A stretch of 63,639 nt of DNA, the filler included, from Chrysochromulina tobinii (lineage: Eukaryota), in assembly GCA_001275005.1 (NCBI GenBank). It is 8 parts of 8 records of this genome, joined end to end, with 100 filler letters (N's around TTAATTAATTAA, not from the genome) between each part and the next. Parts side by side here need not be neighbours in the genome. Positions count along the whole stretch, not along the records: positions 28,162 to 44,326 come from JWZX01000114.1; 7 more parts are not named here. One strand, given 5' to 3'. The stretch's first letter is position 1; every line of letters starts with the position of its first letter. The notes under the pieces are model-generated. The model worked only from the letters and a program-made list of their open reading frames with translations. It ran no database searches and had not been told where the DNA came from. Both the position numbers and the translations under genes were made by a program. This document shows, in pieces, positions 34,072 through 44,426 of this stretch.

Positions 34072-37000
34072 ATGTCACTGGCGCTCGCGTTCGTGCTCGT
34101 CGCCCTCGGCCAGTCGTGCACCGACCGCTCGAACGAGTGTGGCACATGGGCGGCCCTTGGCAAGTGCTCCAAGGATCGGAGCCACATGTCCAAGGAGTGT
34201 CCCTACTCGTGCAAAACGTCGTGCGGTGGCAAGGGCGCGGCGCTGGTGGCTGCGATTGCGCTCGAGCCGGTGCCGAAGGCCGACCAGTATAGACAGCTGG
34301 GCGACATTTACGCGATCGAAGGCAAGATGGTGGCGTCCGAGCAGGCGCTGCGCCTGGCCACCGAGATCGCACCCACCGACAGCGAGATCCAACGGCTTCT
34401 CGGCACGGTCGTGAAGCGATTGGGCGACGCCGAGGGAGCGCTCGCTTTGTTCCGCAAGGCTGTGCAGCTCAACCATTCGAACGCATGGGCGCACGTCAAC
34501 ATCGGCAACGCGCTCACTCCGGGCGATGAGTGCTTCGCAGCGTACCGCGAGGCCATCCGTGTCGACCCGACCATGACGAACGCGTACATCAGCCTGGGCG
34601 ATAAGCTCCTCATGGGAGGCCGCGCGGAGGAGGGCTTCGCGACCCTACGCTCCCTCGCGGCCTTCTCGGCGCAGCATGATCCCGGCCGTCTCTACGAGAA
34701 GCTCGCCGAACACCAAAGGGTCGTCGAGGCTGCCTACGCCCAGACCCTCGCTGACGCCAGGCGCGGCCCCCAGACCTCTGCAGTGGCTCGCAATTGGATC
34801 GAGTACACGCGAGAGGCGCTAGGCGACGACAAGTGCCGCAACCCGCGCACTCGGATGGAGTGTGAAGAGAAGTGCCTGACGCCCGCATGCATTGAAGGAC
34901 TCGAAGAGGCGCTTCAACATGTCACCACCCATGTGCGCGTGGACGAAGCGCCGCATGGCGAGGAGTACATGTATGTACCGCCGCTCTGACGACCTCTGAC
35001 GACCTCTGCCGACGATCTGATGAGCTCTGATGAGCTCTGATGAGCTCTGATGAGCTCTGATGAGCTCTGATGACCTCTGCCAAGCTCTGATGAGCTCTGA
35101 CGGAGCGTACGTGTATGCACCGCCGCCACTGATGAGCTCTGATTGCGACGGATGAGCCCTTGATTGCGTCCTTCATCAGGTATCGCGTCATCGGCCAGTC
35201 CGAGAGCCAACCTTCCCTGATTGCGACTGATGACCCTTGATTGCCGCCTTCATCAGGTATCGCATCATCGGCCAGTCCGAGAGGCAACCTTCCCGTGCGC
35301 CGCTTGAGCCGGCGGTTCTCAAAGGAGCCGTTGATGAGGCGTGGGCGCCGTACCGGTGGAGCGCTTCGTCTCGGGCGCTCACCGAGGCAGCGGGCGAGGA
35401 CGAAGTCAAAGTGACGGTGACACAGCGCGGCAAGTTTGAGGTGTGAATAGATTAGATGAGCCCTTGATTGCCGCCCTCATCAGGTGTCGGAGAACGCAAC
35501 CACTCGAGCTCATCTCCATTCCCTGATTGCAACTGATGACCCTTGATTGCGTCCTCCATCAGGTGTCGGAGAACGCAATCACGCGAGCTCCGACGAGCTC
35601 CATTCGCGTCGCGGATCTGGTCGCGCTGCTTCACTCGAAGCGCACGCTCAATACGACGCTCTACACGCGCCAGGTTCGTCAATTGCATGCTGATCGGCCG
35701 CCCCTGCGATGGATGGCCTCTCGCCTTGCATGCTGATGGCCTCCCTGATTGCATGCTGATGGCCTCTCGCCTTGCATGCTGATGGCCTCCCTGATTGCAT
35801 GCTGATGGCCTCTCGCCGTGCATGCTGATGGCGCGCCCTGTGCTCAACACGACGCTTCGTCCAACCCTTATTTGCAGGCAACTCTCGACATGATGCCGCG
35901 CTTGCTTTCGACGGTGGCGTCCACGCCGTGGCTGGCGAACTTGCGACTGCAGGCGAGCCTGATTGCATCCCTCATTGCGAGCCTGAGTGCATCCCTCATT
36001 GCATGCTGATTGCGCTCCAGCATCGTCGGCTAGTTGCATGCTGATGGCCTCCCTCATTGCATGCTGACACATGGTTGCATGCTGGCACCGCAGACCATCA
36101 CCATGTGGCTGGGCGACGGCCATTTCCACAACACGCTCCACAACGACCCATGGGACAATTTCCTCTGCCAGCTCCAAGGCACGCAACGGATGACCTTAGA
36201 TGACCTCTGATGACCTCTGATGACCTCTGATGACCTCTGATGACCTCTGATGACCTCTGATGACCTCTGATGACCTCTGATGACCTCTGCCAGCTCAAAG
36301 GTACTCTGCTCGGGCCGCCCGCGTGCGAGTGCTCACCACGGCCCACTTACCCCACACAGGTACGAAACACGTACTGCTCTGGCCGCCCGATGCGCGCCCT
36401 CTCCTGTATTATGCCAAGCGCCAAAATACGTTCGCCGAGTACGCGCCCTCGACGGGGGAGAAGCGGCACCGTCGTGTCATCGAGACTGACAACACCGCCG
36501 GAGTCAACATCGCCAAGGTCGCCTTTGCACAGATGGCCTCTGATCGCCTCTGATGGCCTCTGATCGCCTCTGATCGCCTCTGATGGCCTCTGATGGCCTC
36601 TGATCGCCTCTGATCGCCTCTGATTGCCTCTGATGGCCTCTGATGGCCTCTGATCGCCTCTGATCGCCTCTGAGTCCCTCTGATCGCCTCTGATGACCTC
36701 TGATTGCCTCTGATCACCTCTGATGGCCGACTGAAGGCAGTTGCCGCTCTTTCGGCACGCCTTCACATGCCAGTGCTCATCACGGCGCCCTGTCCCGCAG
36801 GTCGACTTTGGACAGTTCCCGCTCTTTCGGGACGCTTTGAAGCAGATGCGGTACGCGAAGCTCGAGCGCGGCGACTGCTTCTTCCTCCCTCGCGGCTGGC
36901 ACCACGTCGTCTTCTCCGTGGTGGGGACGCCGGCGAATTTCAATTTGGCGATCAACTTCTGGTTCAATCGCGAAGCTACCCTCAAGGGCGCGAAAGAGGG

Positions 37001-37175
37001 CGCGGACGCAGCGCAGGCCAAGGTGGGAGCGGGCGGCGCCTTGAAGCGCATCCAGGCACGGGAGGGGTTCACATTCACACTGGATGAGCTTCACAGCGCC
37101 CTCGCCGAAGCGAGAGCGGAGGGGCAAGCGTGCGCCGCGGGGGAGGCTGGAGCGGTGGAGGCGGAGCGACCCTAA
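34072..37175 (+). CDS. Secreted ShKT + TPR + JmjC/cupin 2-oxoglutarate/Fe(II) dioxygenase
   Basis: Signal peptide MSLALAFVLVALG; ShKT CTDRSNECGTWAALGKC…MSKECPYSCKTSC; TPR helices. After removing introns 34971-35256, 35441-35562, 35674-35877, 35953-36093, 36179-36359 and 36518-36800 the C-terminus reads MWLG…TLHNDPWDNFLCQLQGTKHVLLWPP…LERGDCFFLPRGWHHVV…NLAINFWF (HxD…H triad). Confidence 0.85.
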
Positions 37176-37598
37176 CTTGGGAGGAGGCGAGCTTTGACTC
37201 TCGAGCCCTAATTAGGCGAGTGGGCTTCTCCGCGATGGCTGCGAGACGGATGCTCATTTGATAGGCCATGGAGTCAGACCTGGGTAGTAACCAAGGGGCT
37301 GCGGCTAGCCAGCTTGCCAGGGCGCTCTAGCCAAGGGACTAGCCACTTGGCGGCACTGAGGCCTGTCGCCTGAGTGACTTGGCGCATGGCCAATTGCGCA
37401 TGGCGGCACACTGAGGCGTGAGGGATTCTTCTGTCTTGTCTTTTTATGGACTTGTAGTCAATGGGTTTTGGATCGTGAAGAGAAAGGCGAGGGCAGGTTT
37501 ACCCGCGCCTTCCTTCGTCTACTCTACGGTGGTTCTTCACAGATGTGACTTCACACCAGAGATGACATGAGTCTCGTCTGTTCCAGTTATTGGCTGAG

Positions 37599-38790
37599 AT
37601 GTCGCCGCCCAGCCTGAAGGCTGAGGCCTTCCCCCCGCCCGTGCTCGACGCCATGCGCAAGCTCGACACGAAGAGCAACGAGCCCAGCCTCATTCGCCAG
37701 CTATACGTGCTGGCGCTGCTCAACCGCGACGAAGCGATGCGGCGGATGCACTTCGGGCTACCACCCGACGTGGTGCTCGCGCAGCAGCCACCCTCGCTGC
37801 TCGCGCTCGCGCGCCCGCCGGCACCCTCCAGCTTCCAGTCGGCCGGCTTTCACCTTAAGCCGTCCACGTCCACGGGAGTGCGCCCTCGGCGCAGCCGCGT
37901 CTTCGGCGCGATGAGCGGCGCGGCCGAGAAGGGCGCCGACGCCGTCCAGGCCATCAGCGCGGCCCGCGAGCGCGCGATCCCGCACTTTCCGCCCGGGTAC
38001 GGCGTGCCGCCCATCGGCCACGAGCGTGTGTCGACCCGCGCGCAAACCGCCGACCCGTTCTCGTCGTCAGCGCCCACACGCGCGCCCACGTTCACAGCGC
38101 CCACATCGGCATCAGCGTCCGGGCTCCACTCCACTCCACTCCACTCCACGTCTCCGAGCGCCCTTCTCGCTCGACCGCCGCTGCGCCCCGCCGACCTCGA
38201 GAATGCGTACCCCGTGCGCCTGAGCCTCTATGAGCCGCCGTCGCCCGAGCACCGATTGGGAGCCTCATCAGGCAGAGGGAAGCCCAGGCTGCCCACCATG
38301 GCGCTACCGGTACGCGAGCTGCTCGCCACGCCTCCGATGCGAGCTCCGACGCTCCCAGCATGCAAGTGCTCATCACGGCGCCCTGCTCTCCCCACAGGTA
38401 CGCGAGCTGCTCGCCACGCCTCCGATGCGAGCTCCGACGCCCGGCAAGACGCCTCTCGTCGGGTACGCGAGCTACGCCTCCCTCGCGTCTCTCGAGGCCG
38501 CCGCGAGTGAGAGCGCCGCCGTGGGCGCCGGCCGGCCGATGGCCTCGCTCAGCCAGGAGCAGCGCCAGCAGTTGAGCGGCAGCGGCGGCGGCGCCGGTCG
38601 CGCGGGCTTCTCCTTTGGCGGCGCGTCGACGGCTCCTAATATGGGTGGCGCGCAGAAGCCGAGCTTCGACGCGTGGGCGGCGGCCGAGGAGGACCTCAAG
38701 TATCGAGCTGAGCAGGAGACGCGACGGGAGGAGATGCGCACTGTGAAGACCTCGATCGGCCGTGATGACGTGGGCACGATCGGCTTCTGA
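37599..38790 (+). CDS. Hypothetical low-complexity protein with one 88-nt intron
   Basis: ORFs 37590-38510 and 38230-38790 join via intron 38310-38397 (MALP|VRELLATPPMRAPTPGK). Confidence 0.65.
38310..38397 (+). other. Minimal, apparently young intron: 43-nt perfect copy of the downstream exon plus a 45-nt acceptor cassette
   Basis: GTACGCGAGCTGCTCGCCACGCCTCCGATGCGAGCTCCGACGC + TCCCAGCATGCAAGTGCTCATCACGGCGCCCTGCTCTCCCCACAG, followed by the identical 43-mer. Confidence 0.85.
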
Positions 38791-39157
38791 CGAAACTACC
38801 AGATCGCGTGATCTCAAAGCGTCTGAGGTGATGCCGTGGCATCCTTGGATGGCGGTGAATGTGATGTGTGTCACTGTCAACTGTCTTAAATCATATAACC
38901 GCAAACTCAATTGCTCAAACTCTGTCTGTGATTTCGGAACATACAGGTTACAGCACAACCGTCGCCCTTCTAAACCGCCCCCGTGCGGTACCCGCCATGG
39001 TGGTACAGTGTCTGTGTCTGTGTGAATGTGCGTCTGTGTGATTTCTTAACACAGCCGTCCCATCGGGAATGCCGCGAGTTTGGAGTTTGCAAGTTTGTGA
39101 CGCCGCGCAGCGCGAAGAAATCGCGACAGGGGCTCGACGCGACCGCGCTCGAGGCTT

Positions 39158-40250
39158 ATGAAGAACTTCTTTGGCGGCGCGAAAGGGCAAGAGGGCTACG
39201 CCACGTACAAAGAGCCGCCCAAGCCCAAAGCTGCAGCACCGGCACCGGCCGTGCCACCGCCACGTCCGTCCGCGCCAATCACCGCAGAAAAGGTAAAGTC
39301 GCCCTTCGCATACCCTCCAGCAGCCGGCGCCGCCGAACCGTCGGGGTTGGACTCTTGGACGCCGCCCGCGCCCGCGCCCGCGCCCGCGCCTGCGCCCGCG
39401 CCCGCAGCCGATCCGCAGATGGAGAAGGCCATCGCCGCGCAAGCGGAGATGCGAAAGCTTCGTCACATGAACGAAGCGGGGCCAGCGCATCGGCGGCTTG
39501 GGGAGGCGCATCCCGAGTTGCATCCGCAGCGGCTGCAGACAGAGCGTGAGATCCTTGCGGATCTGGAGGCCGAGATCCTCGATCGAGAGTGCCTGGAGAG
39601 CGAGGCTGCGAACGCCAAAGTGGAGTACGAGAACGAGCTGCGCGATCTTCTGGCCGAGGCCGCAGCCGCTTTTGAGGCGTTGCGTGCGCAGCTGCCACCT
39701 GGGGCGCTGCCCGATCCGGCGCCTACACCCGCCGTCACACCCGCCATGCCCGCCGCAGCGCCGGCCGCACCGCCTGACCTTCTCCGCGGCTTGGGCGCTC
39801 AGTACGACGCCCCGACCGCGACTCCGGTGCTCGGGACAGCGCCTCCGGCTGCGGCGGCTCCGCTCGGAGATATGTTCGGAGATATGTTCGGAGATTTGCT
39901 GGGCGGCGGCATGGGCGGCGGCATGGGTGGGGGCATGGGCGGCGGCATGCCCGGCGGCATGGGCGGCGGCATGGGCGGTGGCACTGGTGGCGGCATGGGA
40001 GGTGGCATGGGTGGTGGCGTGGGTGGGGGCTTCGGTGGAGGTTGGGGTGGTATGGCAGGCGCTGAGATGGGCGGCATGGGTGCTTCTATGGGCGGCATGG
40101 GTGGCGGCATGGGCGGCGGCACTTGTGCTATGCCGACGGCGCCCCTCCTTTCGGATCTCTTTGCAAGCGAAACGCAACCCTTCGCGACGCCCGCCACGGC
40201 GCCTTTGCCCACAACTGCGCCCGCTCGAGCGCCTCCATTGGCGGCGTCGA

Positions 40251-40284
<34 letters not shown>

Positions 40285-43200
40285 GGTGGACAGTGACGAT
40301 CCATTCGCAGGGCTCTTCTCCGGCATAGCGCCGCCGCCGGCTACGTCACCGTCGGTCCCGCGGCGAATCTCGTTAGACCGTCCCGCGAGTAGCAGCAGCG
40401 GCACTGGCGGGCTCGATCCAAATTTGGAAAGTCGGGCCGATCTCATCGCACCTACCAAATTTGGGTCAGAGATGGTCGTCAGTCGGTCGGAGGAGGCACA
40501 TACGATCACGTGTGTCGAGCAGATGGCGCCGGCGGCGCAGGTACCGACCTACCTTCCCAAGATCCCGTCCGTCCGTGCCGCGTCCCCCTTGCGACTGCAT
40601 GCATGTGCTCACCACGGCGCGTCCTCTTCCCCACAGGAGGCCATCCGAATGCTCCAAAAGGGGTGTCAGGCTCTCAAGTTTGGCAGGCAGGGCAAGCCTC
40701 ACTCGGTGCGGCGCTGCGTCCACTGAGTGCGACTGAGTGCGACTGAGTGCGACTGAGCGCGTCCGCGTGCGTTGCATGCTGATTGCCTCCCCCATTGCAT
40801 GCTGATTGCCTCCCTCATTGCATGCTGATTACCTCCCCCATTGCATGCTGATTACCTCCCTCATTGCATGCTGATTGCCTCACCCATTGCATGCAGGTGC
40901 TCTTCCGCCTGTCCGAGGACCTCCAGACGTTATCCTCATTGCATGCTGATTGCCTCCCCCATTGCATGCAGGTGCTCTTCCGCCTGTCCGAGGACCTCCA
41001 GACGTTATCCTGGGAGAAGAAGGGCCTGCAGGGTCTCGGCAAGGACATGGCGATGGGTTTCGGCAAGATGATGGGGGGTGGGTTCGCGAAGAGCGCCGAC
41101 ACGGCGCGCCGAGTCGACCTGAGTACTTTGGTGGAGGTGCTGCAGGTGCGTGCTAGCCTTGATGGCGTCTGATGGCGCACGATGGCGTCTGATGGCGTCT
41201 GATGGCGTCTGATGGCGTCTGATGGCGCCTGAGTGCGTCTCTCATCAACTGCTCGTCGTGCTTCAGGGCCCTGAGAGCAATGTCATTCGACGCAACCGCG
41301 GCGAGAAGCCGATTTCGTCCGCGGACGCGGGTGGCGGCACGGTGGAGGGCGACTACTCGTCATACAAGGAGGCCAAGGAGAACTTGTGCCTCTCGCTGCT
41401 CTTCGTGAGCAACGAGAAGGATGCAGACCGTGACTCGCTCGATATCCAGTGAGAGAGCGACGAGGGCTTTGCATGATGATTGCATGCTGATTGCATGCTG
41501 ATTGCATACTGATTGCATGCTGATTGCATCTTTGAGCACATGCTGATTGCACCCTTCATCAGGTGCGAGAGCGACGAAGCATTCATCAGCTGGGTCGTGG
41601 GGTTCCAAGCCCTCATGGCGCTGCATGAGGCGCTGAGCGGTGGGTTCGATGCGCTCTCGAGCGTGCTGCATGCTGATTGCATGCTGATTGCATGCTGATT
41701 GCATGCTGATTGCATGCTGATTGCATGCTGATTGCATGCATGCTGAGCGGTGGGTTCGATGCGCTCTCGAGCGTGCTCTCTGAGTGCATGCTGATTGCAT
41801 CTCTGAGGACGTGCTGATGGCCCCCTTCATCAGGTGGGGCTGAGGGGCTTGCGAGTGTCCGTGTCGAGCGCGAGGCCGCCCGTGCGCGGGCCCTCGCGCG
41901 GAGTGCGCCGCAGGTACGCAACTGATGACCTCTGATGACCTCTGATGACCTCTGATGACCTCTGAGGACCTCTGAGGACCTCTGAGGACCTCTGAGGACC
42001 TCTGAGGACCTCTGAGGACCTCTGAGGACCTCTGAGGACCTCTGATGACCTCTGATGGCCTCTGATGGCCTCTGATGGCCTCTGATGACCTCTGATGACC
42101 TCTGATGACCTCTGATGACCTCTGATGACCTCTGATGGCCTCTAATGACCTCTGATGACCTCTAATGACCTCTGATGACCTCTGATGGCCTCTAATGACC
42201 TCTGATGACCTCTGATGACCTCTGATGACCTCTGATGACCTCTGATGACCTCTGATGACGTACGCGGGCCTCGCTCGGAATGCGCCGCAGCTCTACCAAG
42301 CGATGCTGGAGCGCGAGGAGAAGCAGATGCAGCAGATGATGCGAGAGGCTGAAGAGGAAGCCAACCGGCAGTATGAGGCCTCGCGTGCGCGCGCAGAAGC
42401 GGCGGATCGTCAAGCTTTCGAAGCGAGGGTGAATGCCACTGATGACATCTGATTGCATCTGATTGCATCTGATTGCATCCCTCATCAGGTGCGTCGCGAG
42501 GCAGAGGACCTCTACTTTCCTCTTGATCGCCTTTGATGACCTCCTGATTGCCTCCCTCATCAGGTGCGTCGCGAGGCAGAGGACCAGGCGAACGCGCTGC
42601 TCGAGGCTGCTCGTAAGGAGGCTGAGCTTGCGCCGTTAGCAGGCGTCTTCGAAGGGCAGAGGTACTAAGTGCCACTGATGACGTCTGATTGCATCTGATT
42701 GCATCCCTCATCAGGTGCGTCTTCGAAGGGCAGAGGTACTAAGGAGGTTGATTGCCATCTGAGTGCATCGGATGGCCTCTGATGGCCTCTGATGGCCTCC
42801 CTCATCAGGTACCGGATGTCCGCTGATGTCCTCTGATGGATGTCCTCTGATGGCCTCTGATGACCTCTGATGACCTCTGATGACCTCCCTCATCGACTGA
42901 TGGCCTCTGATGGCATGCTGATTGCCTCCCTCATCAGGTACTATGGAGGCGGCTCAATGCCCCTCGGGCTGCCTGATCCCTTCTCTCCAGGCCTCTCGTC
43001 CGCAATGGCGGCGGCGGCGGCGGCGATGGCGGCGGGAGATCCGTCCGCCATGATGGCTCTCCGCGCGAGATTAGCCGAGGTTGAGGAGGAGAACCGACGG
43101 TTACGCGCCAATGGCGGCGGGCGGCGTGGGGGGGGCGGCGGCGTCGAAGAGGAAGAAGACGAGCAGGTTGTGCTCGATCGCAAGTGCTTCGAGGCGTATG

Positions 43201-44326
43201 AGGCCGCCCGCGTCGCGATGATGGCGACGCTCGAGGCTGGCAAGTTCCCCACAGCCGCCGAGTACGCAGAGCGTGATCTGATGAGCTCTGATGGCCTCTT
43301 AATCAAGTCTGATGATGAGTTCTGATGATGATCTCTGATGATCTCTGATGACCTCTAGTGACCTCTAGTGACCTCTGATGACCTCCCTCATCAGGTATGC
43401 GGCGCGTGATCTGCACCTGTACCGGCTCTCGGATGCGGACCTCCAAGCGGAATATGCGCGCTACACGGTAACTCCGCGGATGAGCTCTGATGACCTCTGA
43501 TGACCTCTGATGAGCTCTGATGACCTCTGACGACGTCCCTCATCAGGCGCTGTACCTCGCGGACGAGACGAAATCCATCGTGCGCGGGATGGCGGAGATG
43601 ACGGTCATCAAGCTTGGGGAGATGGTCGACAAGCCGCAGGCGAAGCGCATTCAGATGATGGCGCGGCAGGTAAGCGAGGGCCCTCTAATGGACCCCTGAT
43701 TGCACTCTGATGGACCCCTGATTGCCCTCTGATGGCGCGGCAGGTAAGCGATGGCCCTCTAATGGACCCCTGATTGCACTCTAATGGACCCCTGATTGCC
43801 CTCTGATGGCGCGGCAGGTAAGCGATTGCACTCTAATGGACCCCTGATTGCCCTCTGATGGCGCGGCAGGTAAGCGAGGGCCCGGGAGAGGACCCTTTGG
43901 TGACCCCTCTGATGGCCTCTCTGATGGCCCTCTGATGGACCTCTGATGGACCCCTGATTGCACTCTGATTGCACGCTGCTGAGTGCGACCGATTGCGCGA
44001 CTCATCAGGTGATGGAGGCGCGGCTTATGTCGCCCTGATGACGCTCTAATGACGCCCTGATGACACCCCGACGGCGCCCTGATGACGCCCTGATTGCCTC
44101 CCTCATCAGGTGGAGGAGGCGCGGCTTGCGAATGAGGCTCGCGAGAGGGAGCTCGCCGAAGGCGCGGCGGCGCGCGAGAAGCGTGCAGCGCTCGATGCGA
44201 TGAACCGCAGGGCATACGATGCATGCGTACCGGTATGGAAGGAGCTCAAGGCGCGCGCCGTGGCGGGCGTCGTGGCGGGTGCCGACGGCGGCGGCGGCGG
44301 GGGCGGGGGCGGCGGCGGCGGCGGGG
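39158..44326 (+). CDS. Large coiled-coil / GGGM-repeat / PH-domain protein, 3'-truncated, ~11 introns
   Basis: Spliced PH domain of PLC/PRAF type: MLQKGCQALKFGRQGKPHS|VLFRLSEDLQTLSW…RRVDLSTLVEVLQ|GPES…LSLLF…SLDIQ|CESDEAFISWVVGFQAL. Introns: 40541-40636, 40706-40971, 41146-41266, 41449-41562, 41640-41833, 41914-42290, 42429-42563, 42662-42937, 43262-43394, 43468-43546, 43670-44109. Confidence 0.78.
41922..42258 (+). repeat. Intronic 10-nt tandem array (CTGATGACCT / CTGAGGACCT / CTGATGGCCT / CTAATGACCT), about 33 copies
   Basis: Directly visible. Related arrays occur at 24485-24652, 28494-28560(-), 29260-29470(-), 35017-35100, 36190-36288, 36535-36725, 43275-43385 and elsewhere. Confidence 0.95.
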
Positions 44327-44426
44327 NNNNNNNNNNNNNNNNNNNNNNNNNNNNNNNNNNNNNNNNNNNNTTAATTAATTAANNNNNNNNNNNNNNNNNN
44401 NNNNNNNNNNNNNNNNNNNNNNNNNN

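Noticed and set aside
35017..35100. Hammerhead ribozyme suggested by CTGATGAG repeats
   Set aside because: I saw no downstream GAAA core or three-stem arrangement; it is a simple tandem 10-mer.
41922..42258. Box C/D snoRNAs suggested by TGATGA and CTGA motifs in intron fillers
   Set aside because: The motifs overlap within a tandem unit, with no guide sequence or terminal stem.
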